The notes under the pieces: model-generated
Seen by the model: the letters and a program-made list of their open reading frames with translations, nothing else
Told to the model about the DNA's origin: nothing
The model's database searches: none
Position numbers and translations under genes: made by a program
Shown here: positions 1 through 8,963 of the stretch, piece after piece
How positions within the stretch are numbered: position 1 is the stretch's first letter
How the letters are laid out: each line of letters begins with the position of its first letter
From: Bdellovibrionota bacterium
Lineage (GTDB): Bacteria > Bdellovibrionota_C > UBA2361
Direction: 5' to 3'
Length of the DNA stretch: 51,734 nt
Assembly: GCA_041739515.1 (NCBI GenBank)
Contig: JBGSNS010000028.1
Location: 1-51,734, forward strand

Positions 1-616
1 CCGACTTGCTCTCTTCTCCGCCTTTCCCTTCCGATTGCTTCAGTTTTGCTAGTTCTTCCGGGCTGATAAGCGTTCGAAGTTTCGAGCGATTAGCGTCTAA
101 TTCAGCGGCAGCTTCTTGCTCCCGTTGGTGCGCCACTCCGGACAAAAGATTCACCGCGGTTAAGTTACTGCGCTGCAGTTTTTCCGTGTATCGCTGGAAC
201 TGTTCAGCGTACTGCTGCGCCAATGTGTCGTCGCCGGCGTCTAGCGCAGCCATCATTCCCTTAAATGGGATCGGGGCTGTGTCAGCGGTACGAAGCGCTA
301 CGTCCTTAGTGGGATCTCCGAATTGCTCTATGAGTTTTGCGCGTGCATCGGCTGACAGCGCCTTCTCCGATGTGACTGCGCCCGATGCTTTTTGTTCAGA
401 AATCGGCTTTACCGCTGCACTCTTAGGAGTCGTGGCCTTGTATGATTCCGGGATCTTGCCTCCAACGGTAACTTCTACAACTGGGGCGAATACGGTCTTG
501 GCTGCATTCGAATCGAAAAATGGATTCGTCTCCGCGTTTACAACGGCGGGCAGCACCATTGATAACGTCACGAAAAGACGGGCAAATACGAGTATTCGCT
601 TTTGAAAATTCTCCAT
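1..616 (-). CDS. Secreted protein of unknown function; N-terminal part only, gene runs off the left edge
   Basis: Absent from the ORF track because no stop lies in the window. The minus-strand frame from ATG (616-614) stays open to position 1. It reads MENFQKRILVFARLFVTLSMVLPAVVNA/ETNPFFDSNAAK..., a typical Sec signal peptide followed by normal-composition protein. The listed + ORF 6..605 is a Ser/Ala-rich antisense shadow. Confidence 0.6.
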   Translation of the reverse strand, partial: MENFQKRILVFARLFVTLSMVLPAVVNAETNPFFDSNAAKTVFAPVVEVTVGGKIPESYKATTPKSAAVKPISEQKASGAVTSEKALSADARAKLIEQFGDPTKDVALRTADTAPIPFKGMMAALDAGDDTLAQQYAEQFQRYTEKLQRSNLTAVNLLSGVAHQREQEAAAELDANRSKLRTLISPEELAKLKQSEGKGGEESKS

Positions 617-675
617 TTCATAAGAGGTTATGGGGGGTTACGTCTTGAATGTAGCAGGCTAAAAATGGATATTTT

Positions 676-795
676 CTGGGACCGCGAGGCGCCGCCTCGC
701 AGTCTATGGCAAACTTTGCCGCTGCGAATTGAAACCGTAAAGGGCTTGAAGCGACTGCGGGGCAACGCCCCGCGGTCCCAGGGACGCTCCCAGGG
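676..795. repeat. REP-like intergenic element, copy 1, bounded by a 16-nt inverted repeat with internal hairpins
   Basis: CTGGGACCGCGAGGCG (676-691) is the reverse complement, with one mismatch, of CGCCCCGCGGTCCCAG (766-781). Hairpins: GCGAGGCG-c-CGCCTCGC (684-700) and GCGGGGC-aac-GCCCCGC (757-773). The interior (CCTCGCAGTCT...TTTGC..TGCGAATT...GACTGCGG) aligns with the reverse complement of 11107-11250. Confidence 0.7.
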
Positions 796-872
796 GAACT
801 ACTAGAACTTCGTAGCCAAAATCCCTACTTCCCCCACGGAGCACCCACGATCCCACGGCAGATAGAGGGCGT

Positions 873-1082
873 ATGCGAAGCAAGTCACGCAAACCCCTGC
901 TTTTGACCGTCAATGAGGTCTCTGAGCTGCTGCGCATTCACCGCCCGAAGGTCTACGACCTAATACGCGGGGGTTACATCGCCGGATTCAAGCTCGGCGC
1001 TGACTGGCGAGTAAAGCGCGAATCCATCGAAAAGCTAGTTGGGCAAATACCGGATGATTTCTTCGAATCGACCCGTAACTAG
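873..1082 (+). CDS. Excisionase-family (MerR-like) helix-turn-helix DNA-binding protein
   Basis: 69 aa. LLLTVNEVSELLRIHRPKVYDLIRGGYIAGFKLGADWRVKRESIEKL matches the excisionase-type HTH pattern (LT..E.a.lL......vy.li..G.i...k.G..wri....i..f). Confidence 0.7.
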   Translation: MRSKSRKPLLLTVNEVSELLRIHRPKVYDLIRGGYIAGFKLGADWRVKRESIEKLVGQIPDDFFESTRN

Positions 1083-1205
1083 CTCAAATATAACTGCAAA
1101 TTGATTGGAAATCTCAAGGCAATAACTGCCAATGTCGCTACTTGCATGCTATACCGAGCGAGGGCTACCGTAGCCTAGGAAGTTCGTTAATTATTCAGAT
1201 AGCAT

Positions 1206-1505
1206 ATGCAACTAGACTCGATGTCGGAATACAAGTACGCAGTAAAGGTGTCAGACGATGATGCCTCGACAATAAAAGTAAGCTTGAGTGAATTAAAGCC
1301 CGGCATGCGTTGCATTGTACGCAGCGTCACCGCGTCCTCCCCGGACCTTAAGCACAAGCTTTTGACGATGGGGATTATCATCGGCGCCGAACTAAAGATT
1401 ACGTCGATAGCACCGCTCGGTGATCCGCTTACCGTCACCACTCTTGGATACTCGCTATCGCTTAGAAAATCGGAGGCGATCGGAGTCTTAGTTACTCAAA
1501 TCTGA
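1206..1505 (+). CDS. feoA: Ferrous iron transport protein A (FeoA)
   Basis: 99 aa with a FeoA SH3-like pattern (LSELKPGMRCIVRSV...LLTMGIIIGAELKITSIAPLGDPLTV). It lies directly upstream of feoB. The true start may be an internal Met. Confidence 0.85.
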   Translation: MQLDSMSEYKYAVKVSDDDASTIKVSLSELKPGMRCIVRSVTASSPDLKHKLLTMGIIIGAELKITSIAPLGDPLTVTTLGYSLSLRKSEAIGVLVTQI

Positions 1506-1564
1506 GCTGTATTTCCTAGCTGTGTTTCTAAGCCGTGTTTTAGGTCCCAAGAGTTGTTGTTGAT

Positions 1565-3688
1565 ATGTCCTCCGTTGCATCTTCCGTAAAATCAAATTCA
1601 GCCAGGACTCCGCGGATCGCTTTAGCCGGCAATCCAAACAGTGGCAAAACTACGCTGTTTAATGCGCTGACTGGTTTACGCCACAAAGTAGCGAACTATC
1701 CGGGCGTTACGGTCGAACGAAAATCGGGCACCGTGACGTTAGGAGAGTTAGACCAAGAAAAGCTTGGTCACGAGAAGATTGAGATAATTGATCTCCCAGG
1801 GATTTATTCTCTATCCGGACAAGCAGACGACGAACGGATTTCAACCGCTTTACTGCTCGGAGAGATGCACGGTGAAACTCGGCCAGAAATAATCGTCGCT
1901 GTGGTTGATGCAAGCAACCTCGAACGGAATCTATACCTCACCACCCAGCTGATCGATTTGGGTCGATCAGTCATCGTAGCGCTCACGATGAACGATACCG
2001 CTCGCGACCGAGGGATTGCTGTGCGCACCGAGTTGCTGGCTTCCGCGCTGGGAGTCCCCGTCGTATCAATCGGAGCAAAGAAGAAAAAAGGTCTCGATGT
2101 ATTAGTATCGGAGATCACTAAGGCGCTCGCACATCCGATTAATTCCACGAAGCAATTTACATGGCTTCCTGTATGCGCAGCATATAGAGATGCGGCCGAG
2201 GAGCTTGGCACGCTTGAATCGAAACACCGTAACTTTCCGGAGGGGTTTGCAACTCTACTTCTTGGAACGAGACTCCTGGCTGAGGAGATACCTCCTTCAA
2301 CGGATGAAATTCGTACTAAATTAACTGAGTGGCGCGCAGAACTAATTAAAAATGAGATCGATCCGAACAGCTTCGAGGCATCCGCTCGTTACACGTTCAT
2401 AAACTGGGTCGTCCAGCGCTCGGTTGCGATTAGCAACGAAGCAAACTCACCGTTACTTAGCCATAGAATCATCGCTGCAATCGACAAAGCGTTGACCCAC
2501 AGAGTTTGGGGCTTAGTCATCTTTGCTTGCATCATGGCTGTAATTTTTCAGGCGATCTTCGCCTGGTCCAGCATCCCCATGGACGCAATCGATAGTGCGC
2601 TTGCCGTAGTCGGCGACGCAGTTGCTTCGTCGATGGAACCTGGAATTTTGCGAAGCTTGTTAGTTGATGGGATTATCGCAGGTGTTGGAAGCGTACTCGT
2701 TTTTATCCCGCAAATAGCGATTCTGTTCGCTTTCATTGGAATCCTCGAAGACTCTGGGTATCTATCACGTGCAGCTTACATCATGGATCGAGTGATGCGT
2801 CAGGTAGGTCTGCAGGGGCGCTCTTTTATTCCGATGTTGAGTTCATTTGCCTGTGCGATTCCGGGTATTATGTCGACGCGCAGCATTCCCTCGCTTGCAG
2901 ATCGAATGGTCACGATCCTAATCGCTCCGCTGATGAGCTGTAGCGCTAGATTGCCTGTATATACACTTTTAATCGCTGCATTTATTCCAGCTGAATCCCA
3001 ACTCTTCGGAATATTTTCTTTGCAGGGTGCCGTACTTTTGGGCTTGTATTTGCTTGGAATTATCGGCGCTGCGTTTGTCGCATGGATACTCAAACTTACA
3101 GCATTTCGCGGCAAGCCTGCGTTGTTCGTAATGGAGATGCCTCCCCTTCGACGCCCGAGTGTTCGCACCACGCTAATCGAAGTTTTCGACAGGATTATGA
3201 TCTTTGTAAAGAGCGCAGGCTCAGTAATCTTAGCGTGTTCGATAATACTATGGGCGCTTGCCTCGTTTCCGGAAGGCAAAGTGTCGCAGAGTTATGCGGG
3301 TCAAATTGGACATGCCATGGAGCCGATAATCAAGCCGCTCGGATGGAACTGGGAAGTCGGCGTGGGGATTTTGGCTTCGTTTGCAGCGCGCGAAGTTTTT
3401 ATTTCTGCCTTAGCCACAGTTTATAATCTGGAACGCAGTGATGATAGCTCGTCGACGTTGACTACGAGGTTACGAGAGAAGCGCGCAGCTGGTGTATTTA
3501 CTCTCCCTGCCGCGTTATCGTTGTTGGTGTTTTACGTCTTTGCGTGCCAGTGCATGTCGACTCTCGCAGTTTGTAGGCGCGAAACAGGTGGGTGGCGCTG
3601 GCCGATGTTTATGTTCGGATATATGTCCCTGCTGGCTTACGGGACGGCATGGATCACTTATAAGCTCGCCGTTGGGTTTGGGCTGTAG
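1565..3688 (+). CDS. feoB: Ferrous iron transporter FeoB
   Basis: 707 aa. N-terminal G-domain (IALAGNPNSGKTTLFNALTG, IIDLPGIYSL, LTMNDTA) followed by a polytopic permease domain. Confidence 0.95.
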   Translation: MSSVASSVKSNSARTPRIALAGNPNSGKTTLFNALTGLRHKVANYPGVTVERKSGTVTLGELDQEKLGHEKIEIIDLPGIYSLSGQADDERISTALLLGEMHGETRPEIIVAVVDASNLERNLYLTTQLIDLGRSVIVALTMNDTARDRGIAVRTELLASALGVPVVSIGAKKKKGLDVLVSEITKALAHPINSTKQFTWLPVCAAYRDAAEELGTLESKHRNFPEGFATLLLGTRLLAEEIPPSTDEIRTKLTEWRAELIKNEIDPNSFEASARYTFINWVVQRSVAISNEANSPLLSHRIIAAIDKALTHRVWGLVIFACIMAVIFQAIFAWSSIPMDAIDSALAVVGDAVASSMEPGILRSLLVDGIIAGVGSVLVFIPQIAILFAFIGILEDSGYLSRAAYIMDRVMRQVGLQGRSFIPMLSSFACAIPGIMSTRSIPSLADRMVTILIAPLMSCSARLPVYTLLIAAFIPAESQLFGIFSLQGAVLLGLYLLGIIGAAFVAWILKLTAFRGKPALFVMEMPPLRRPSVRTTLIEVFDRIMIFVKSAGSVILACSIILWALASFPEGKVSQSYAGQIGHAMEPIIKPLGWNWEVGVGILASFAAREVFISALATVYNLERSDDSSSTLTTRLREKRAAGVFTLPAALSLLVFYVFACQCMSTLAVCRRETGGWRWPMFMFGYMSLLAYGTAWITYKLAVGFGL

Positions 3689-3703
3689 TAGGTTCAGGGC
3701 GAT

Positions 3704-3820
3704 ATGCAGAGAATTTTAGTATTAATCTTAGTTGGTGTCGCCGTCGGTGTGTTGCTAAGACGGATATTTTCTCGCAGAAAGGGCGGCTGCGGGAGTGGTG
3801 GTTGCGGCTGCAGGAAGTAG
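3704..3820 (+). CDS. FeoB-associated Cys-rich small membrane protein (38 aa)
   Basis: Below the ORF-track size cutoff. ATG at 3704 lies 16 nt after the feoB stop. It translates to MQRILVLILVGVAVGVLLRRIFSRRKGGCGSGGCGCRK*: one TM helix plus a C-terminal Gly/Cys cluster, as in the small ORFs commonly found after feoB. Confidence 0.65.
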   Translation: MQRILVLILVGVAVGVLLRRIFSRRKGGCGSGGCGCRK

Positions 3821-3840
3821 CGCTGAGGCAGCGTTCGCGG

Positions 3841-4257
3841 CTAATCAACAAGCGATGTAATCAACGGAACTCCGCCGAGAGAGAGATGTCGATCGGTAGA
3901 CCAGCATCGTCGAATTTTATGCTTCTTGAGCATGGATATTCCGACAGCGTCAGTTAGAGTAAGAGTTTGATCGGAAAATTTCTGCAACACTCGCTGGCCC
4001 TCCCTAATCTCAGTTTCTCCAACTGCAAAGATCGTCAGGTTAGGTAGCTCTTCTAAAAACGTCAAAAACTGCAAACTACGATTCGTATCGAATCTACGTA
4101 AAAACCATCCCTGCCCCTCAGCAACCACAAGAGAAGATGTCACAAGCGGCGGAGGATCGGAAAATAATCGTGAGAAGAGAGGATGAAATGAGTCTGACTT
4201 GTCGAGCAGAGCAATCAAAGCTGAGGTATCGACATAAGCACTAAGTTTTGATGCCAT
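3841..4257 (-). CDS. vapC: PIN-domain toxin (VapC family)
   Basis: 138 aa with acidic PIN residues in context (YVDTSALIALLD, VVAEGQ, LTDAVG, STDRH). It overlaps the upstream antitoxin gene by 17 nt. Confidence 0.85.
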   Translation of the reverse strand: MASKLSAYVDTSALIALLDKSDSFHPLFSRLFSDPPPLVTSSLVVAEGQGWFLRRFDTNRSLQFLTFLEELPNLTIFAVGETEIREGQRVLQKFSDQTLTLTDAVGISMLKKHKIRRCWSTDRHLSLGGVPLITSLVD

Positions 4258-4465
4258 AGATTAACTCATCAATTTTTTGGCTTGAGTTTGCGTCACCGCT
4301 CTCCACGAAACCTACGAATCTCATCCATGGCCTGGAGGTGTCCAATGGCAAATTCGGACGCAACGTTCGTCTAACGAACTCGGCAAGGGAGATCCCCTGA
4401 CGCTTAGCTTCTAGCCGAGCCAGGCGGTACTCCTCTTTGGTTAGGCTTATTTGAGTTCTGATCAT
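4241..4465 (-). CDS. vapB: Ribbon-helix-helix antitoxin paired with VapC
   Basis: 74 aa. The N-terminal beta-strand plus helices (MIRTQISLTKEEYRLARLEAKRQGISLAEFVRRTL) are typical of CopG/RHH antitoxins, and it sits upstream of and overlapping the PIN gene. Confidence 0.75.
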   Translation of the reverse strand: MIRTQISLTKEEYRLARLEAKRQGISLAEFVRRTLRPNLPLDTSRPWMRFVGFVESGDANSSQKIDELIYGIKT

Positions 4466-4494
4466 GATAACAACTTATCATAAATTGTTATCAT
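4464..4494. promoter_or_regulatory. Perfect 10-bp inverted repeat, candidate VapB operator
   Basis: ATGATAACAA (4464-4473), 11 nt, then TTGTTATCAT (4485-4494). The left arm overlaps the antitoxin start codon (4465-4463 on the minus strand). TA modules are typically autoregulated at such palindromes. Confidence 0.5.
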
Positions 4495-4537
4495 GTGTAA
4501 ATATGGAGATTGGGGCCGAAAAAGGCGTCCGCGGGCA

Positions 4538-7408
4538 TTAGTAGTTATCCAACGGCGGACAAGTACACACTAGATTTCTATCCCCAAAGTTTCCGTCGAT
4601 TCGACCAGTTGTGGGCCAGAATTTAGAATCTCTGGTTTCAGCGGTCGGAAATGCTGCGATATCGCGGGAATACTTTCGGTTCCACTCGTCGCTACACACG
4701 GCCTTTGCGGTATGCGGCGCACCCTTTAACGGGTTATCCAGTCTATCGTATTCGCCCCTGACTATCTTCTTTGCCTCGTTAGCGATCGCTTTCATCGCAG
4801 CTACGAATCTATCAAGCTCACGCTTGTTTTCACTCTCCGTTGGTTCGACCATAATGGTGCCAATCACTGGCCACGAAACGGTGGGAGCATGAAATCCGTA
4901 ATCCATTAGGCGCTTAGCTACGTCATCGACTTCGATGCCCGCAGTCTTTTTATACTCACGAAGATCAAGGATACATTCGTGGGCTACAAATCCGTTTTGT
5001 CCACGATAAAGGGTTGGGAAATCTCCCTCTAGCGATTTAGCAACGTAATTAGCGTTTAAAATCGCAACTTGCGATGCGCGCTTCAAGCCTTCTGCGCCCA
5101 TCATCACGATATACGCCCATGAAATTACTAAGATGCTCGCACTTCCGTACGGAGCCGCCGACACCGGACCCGTTGTAGCTGCAGCACTCATCATCGGATG
5201 ACCCGGTAAAAACGGCGTCAGATGTTTCGCGCAAGCAATCGGCCCCATGCCTGGCCCACCGCCGCCGTGCGGAATACAAAACGTCTTATGTAAATTGATG
5301 TGACAAACATCAGCACCGATGTCGATCGGACGCACTAATCCTACAAGTGCATTTAGGTTAGCTCCGTCCATGTATACCTGCCCGCCACACGAATGGATGT
5401 GTTTGGTGATCTCGATGATCCCTTCTTCAAACACTCCATGGGTTGACGGATACGTTGCCATTAACGCTGCGAGATTATCTTTATGCTCGTTTGCTTTGTT
5501 CTTTAAATCCGCGATGCTGATATTCCCGTTCTCATCGCAATCAACGACTACGACTTTCATGCCTGCCATGACGGCGCTTGCGGGATTGGTGCCGTGCGCT
5601 GATTTTGGGATCAAACAAACGGTGCGGTGCGCATCACCACGACTCAGGTGATAATTTCTAATCGCCAATAATCCAGCGTACTCCCCTTGCGCGCCGGAAT
5701 TTGGCTGCAATGAAACACCGTGAAAGCCTGTAATAGAAGCGAGCATCTGCTCTAAATCGGTGAATACTTTTGCGTATCCATCCCATTGATTACGCGGCGC
5801 AAACGGATGTAATGCTCCAAACTCTTTCCACGTGACCGGGATCATCTCGGTTGTTGCATTAAGCTTCATCGTGCATGACCCAAGCGGAATCATCGAGATT
5901 GCAAGTGAGAGATCGCGTAACTCAAGTTTGCGACAGTATCGCAAAAACTCTGTCTCAGAGTGATACGAGTTAAACACTGGGTGTGTAAGAAACTTCGATG
6001 TTCTACGCAGCGTTGCAGGAACTAAATCATCCCCAGCAGCGCCAAGAGATGCGCCAAAGACTCCGGCTAGATCGTTCAGATCACTATCTGTCACCGTTTC
6101 ATCAAGCGAAATGCCGACGCCGACATCGCTCACTCGAAGATTGATTCCCAGCGCTTCAGCCTTGCTGACAATTTTTGCAGCATCACTCGGACTGAGCGTT
6201 ACCGTAATAGTATCGAATCCAGATTTCGTAACGCTCTTGCCGGATTTCGACAACGCAGCGCCCAGCCGTCCCGTCATAGAAGCAACGCGCTCAGCGATCG
6301 CTTTTATCCCTGCTGGTCCGTGATAGACAGCGAACATGCTGGCAATGTTGGCCAACAGCGCCTGCGCGGTGCAGATGTTACGGGTGGCCTTCTCACGGCG
6401 AATATGTTGTTCACGAGTTTGAAGCGCTAAACGCAGCGCCGGATTACCGGCGTTATCTTTCGAGACGCCGATGATGCGGCCCGGCATAAGTCGCTTAAAC
6501 TCATCTTTAGTAGCGAAGAACGCGGCGTGCGGTCCTCCAAATCCAAGCGGTACACCGAAACGTTGTGCAGAACCAACTGCGATATCAGCACCGAGTTCTC
6601 CTGGTGGGGCAATTAGCGCCAACGCCAACAGATCAGTCGCTACGGTTACTAAAGCACCGGCACTATGCGCTGCATCAATAATCGGACGGGGGTCTACGAT
6701 TTCACCGTTTGAATATGGATACTGGAGCAACAATCCAAAAACTCCGTCCCACACAACCTGCGATGGTGCTGAGCTGGGATCGACTTCCTTTACAGTGATT
6801 CCAAGCCCTTCCGCTCGTGTCCGCACCAGCGAAATCGTCTGCGGGTGACACTGCGAGCTCACAAGAAACGTAGGCGAACCGGTGTATTCTTCCCCCTTCT
6901 TCCACGCTTGCACGCTAAGGGTCATTGCCTCAGCAGCCGCAGTTGCTTCATCCAATAACGATGCATTAGCAACCGGCAACGCAGTGAGATCGCACACCAT
7001 CGTCTGAAAGTTCAGTAATGCCTCAAGCCTGCCTTGGGAGATCTCAGGTTGATACGGAGTGTATTGCGTATACCAACCGGGATTCTCCAATACGTTTCGC
7101 AAGATCACTGTCGGAGTATGGCAATTATAATATCCGCATCCGATATAGTTTCTAAAAACTTTATTTTGCGAAGCGATTGAATGTAGCAACTCAAGCGTTT
7201 CTGATTCTGAGCGAGGCTTGGAATAGTCACCGAGATCGATTGAACCGGAAAACCGAATCGACTTAGGTACAACTTTTTCAGTTAACGACTCAAGCGATGA
7301 AACACCCAGCACCGACAACATAGCGCTCTGTTCTGAGCTACCAGGTCCGATATGCCGAGATTCAAATCCAGAGATCACACTTCTCGTTTCTGACTGCCCG
7401 CCGTGCAT
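4538..7408 (-). CDS. gcvP: Glycine dehydrogenase (decarboxylating), single-chain P protein
   Basis: 956 aa with the PLP-lysine region [22 protein letters not shown]. Full-length single-chain architecture, downstream of gcvT and gcvH. Confidence 0.97.
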   Translation of the reverse strand: MHGGQSETRSVISGFESRHIGPGSSEQSAMLSVLGVSSLESLTEKVVPKSIRFSGSIDLGDYSKPRSESETLELLHSIASQNKVFRNYIGCGYYNCHTPTVILRNVLENPGWYTQYTPYQPEISQGRLEALLNFQTMVCDLTALPVANASLLDEATAAAEAMTLSVQAWKKGEEYTGSPTFLVSSQCHPQTISLVRTRAEGLGITVKEVDPSSAPSQVVWDGVFGLLLQYPYSNGEIVDPRPIIDAAHSAGALVTVATDLLALALIAPPGELGADIAVGSAQRFGVPLGFGGPHAAFFATKDEFKRLMPGRIIGVSKDNAGNPALRLALQTREQHIRREKATRNICTAQALLANIASMFAVYHGPAGIKAIAERVASMTGRLGAALSKSGKSVTKSGFDTITVTLSPSDAAKIVSKAEALGINLRVSDVGVGISLDETVTDSDLNDLAGVFGASLGAAGDDLVPATLRRTSKFLTHPVFNSYHSETEFLRYCRKLELRDLSLAISMIPLGSCTMKLNATTEMIPVTWKEFGALHPFAPRNQWDGYAKVFTDLEQMLASITGFHGVSLQPNSGAQGEYAGLLAIRNYHLSRGDAHRTVCLIPKSAHGTNPASAVMAGMKVVVVDCDENGNISIADLKNKANEHKDNLAALMATYPSTHGVFEEGIIEITKHIHSCGGQVYMDGANLNALVGLVRPIDIGADVCHINLHKTFCIPHGGGGPGMGPIACAKHLTPFLPGHPMMSAAATTGPVSAAPYGSASILVISWAYIVMMGAEGLKRASQVAILNANYVAKSLEGDFPTLYRGQNGFVAHECILDLREYKKTAGIEVDDVAKRLMDYGFHAPTVSWPVIGTIMVEPTESENKRELDRFVAAMKAIANEAKKIVRGEYDRLDNPLKGAPHTAKAVCSDEWNRKYSRDIAAFPTAETRDSKFWPTTGRIDGNFGDRNLVCTCPPLDNY

Positions 7409-7445
7409 CTTCGTTCTCCACTAAAAATTCAAAATCTTACGCGCT

Positions 7446-7832
7446 TTATATCCGCCCCTTAAGAAGCTCTTTGTACTGATCTACAGTCAACATTTTATCC
7501 AAATCGCCCTTCGCAACGCCGGACAGTTTCACCATCCATCCGCCGGTATACGGCTCCGTATTAACGAGGCTAGGAGAATCTTTAAGTGCTGCGTTCGCTT
7601 CAGCCACCGTGCCAACTACCGGCGCGTATACATCGGAAGCTGCCTTGGTTGACTCGACCACACAAAGGGTAGACCCAGGCGAGACGCTCTTTCCAGCTGA
7701 GGGAAGATCCACAAATACAAGTTCCCCGAGTTCACTTTGAGCAAACTCAGTGATTCCTACAACACAAGTGTCCCCCTCAACGCGAACCCATTCATGATCT
7801 TTTGTATATTTACAGTTACTCGGAAATTCCAT
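7446..7832 (-). CDS. gcvH: Glycine cleavage system H protein
   Basis: 128 aa with the lipoyl-lysine motif VESTKAASDVYAPV. Confidence 0.95.
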   Translation of the reverse strand: MEFPSNCKYTKDHEWVRVEGDTCVVGITEFAQSELGELVFVDLPSAGKSVSPGSTLCVVESTKAASDVYAPVVGTVAEANAALKDSPSLVNTEPYTGGWMVKLSGVAKGDLDKMLTVDQYKELLKGRI

Positions 7833-7859
7833 CGTATCTCCCCCATTAAAAATCTGGCC

Positions 7860-8960
7860 TTAAACTTTCGGTCTCTTGTAAAACGGTGTGGCAACCACTT
7901 GCGCTGCAAGCTTTCGCCCGCGAACTTCGATGTTGAATTTTGTTCCAATGGCGCTGAACTTCGAATCGATCAACGCTAAGCCTAACGCACGATTAACGGT
8001 TGGTGTTTTAGTACCGCTTGTAACTGTCCCTATTTTCGTTCCATCGCTCGTAATCACTGAATCCCCGTGGCGAGCTATGCCGGCATCAGTTACATAAAAT
8101 CCAATCAAATTTCTTGGTGATCCGGTTGCGTGTTTTGCAAGCGCTGATTTGCCTTTAAATTCTCCTTTATCGAGCTTAATAATCCAGCCTAATCCTGACT
8201 CATAAGCCGAAATGTCTTCACCAAGTTCGTGTCCGTGTAGCGGCAAACACGCTTCAAGCCGCAACGAGTCGCGCGCACCTAGGCCGCACGGGATAAGGCC
8301 TAACGGCTTCCCAACTTCCAACAAGCGTTCCCACAGCTTTTCAGTGGCAGATGTGGCGCAAAAAATTTCGACTCCGTCCTCGCCGGTATATCCGGTGCGA
8401 GCGATAATCACGTCACTTCCGTTGATTTCGTCTTCTGTGAATGAAAACGATCGCTCAGGCACCTTTGCGGTAATCTTAGAAAGAATTTCGATCGCGCGCG
8501 GACCTTGAATAGCAATTTGTCCGTATTCATCGCTGGCGTTTGTAACGGTTGCATTGAAGGTGTTGTGGGACTTAAACCACTCAAAATCCTTCGTCGCGTT
8601 CGATGCATTCACACAGATCAAGAAACGTTCAGGGCCGAATCGGTAGACGATGATATCATCGACGATCCCTCCAGAGTCGGTGATGATCGCGTTGTACTGT
8701 GCTCGCCCATCTTGAATCGCAGCAACTTTATTGCAGGTAAGTGAATCGATTAATTTTAAAGCGTCCGGTCCTGTTACCCACAACTCCCCCATGTGCGAAA
8801 CATCAAACAATCCAGCGGCGGTGCGGGTCGCTACGTGCTCCGGGATTACTCCGGAGTACTGAACCGGCATCTCCCATCCGGCAAACGGCACCATTTTGCC
8901 ACCGAGCCTGCAGTGCACATCGAAAAGTACGGTTCGCTGAATCTCAGTGGCGATTTCCAT
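7860..8960 (-). CDS. gcvT: Glycine cleavage system aminomethyltransferase T
   Basis: 366 aa with GLFDVSHMGELWVTG and a typical GcvT length. Confidence 0.95.
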   Translation of the reverse strand: MEIATEIQRTVLFDVHCRLGGKMVPFAGWEMPVQYSGVIPEHVATRTAAGLFDVSHMGELWVTGPDALKLIDSLTCNKVAAIQDGRAQYNAIITDSGGIVDDIIVYRFGPERFLICVNASNATKDFEWFKSHNTFNATVTNASDEYGQIAIQGPRAIEILSKITAKVPERSFSFTEDEINGSDVIIARTGYTGEDGVEIFCATSATEKLWERLLEVGKPLGLIPCGLGARDSLRLEACLPLHGHELGEDISAYESGLGWIIKLDKGEFKGKSALAKHATGSPRNLIGFYVTDAGIARHGDSVITSDGTKIGTVTSGTKTPTVNRALGLALIDSKFSAIGTKFNIEVRGRKLAAQVVATPFYKRPKV

Positions 8961-8963
8961 CGA

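Noticed and set aside
6-605. 199-aa + strand ORF listed in the track
   Set aside because: Ser/Ala/Cys-rich low-complexity translation with a TTG start. It lies exactly antisense to a minus-strand frame that has a proper signal peptide and normal composition, so it is a shadow ORF.
602-937. ORFs 602..805 (+) and 704..937 (-), plus 11091..11273 (-), which share NAPRS-type peptides
   Set aside because: They read straight through the GC-rich REP-like repeats. The shared peptide is a consequence of repeated DNA, not of a protein family. They have no RBS and odd Arg/Pro/Gly/Ser composition.
1083-1205. Fur box upstream of feoA
   Set aside because: There is an AT-rich stretch and a 12-nt direct repeat (ATAACTGCAAAT at 1090-1101; ATAACTGCCAAT at 1122-1133), but no convincing match to the 19-bp Fur palindrome GATAATGATAATCATTATC. 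The direct repeat may still be an operator, but the evidence is too thin to call.
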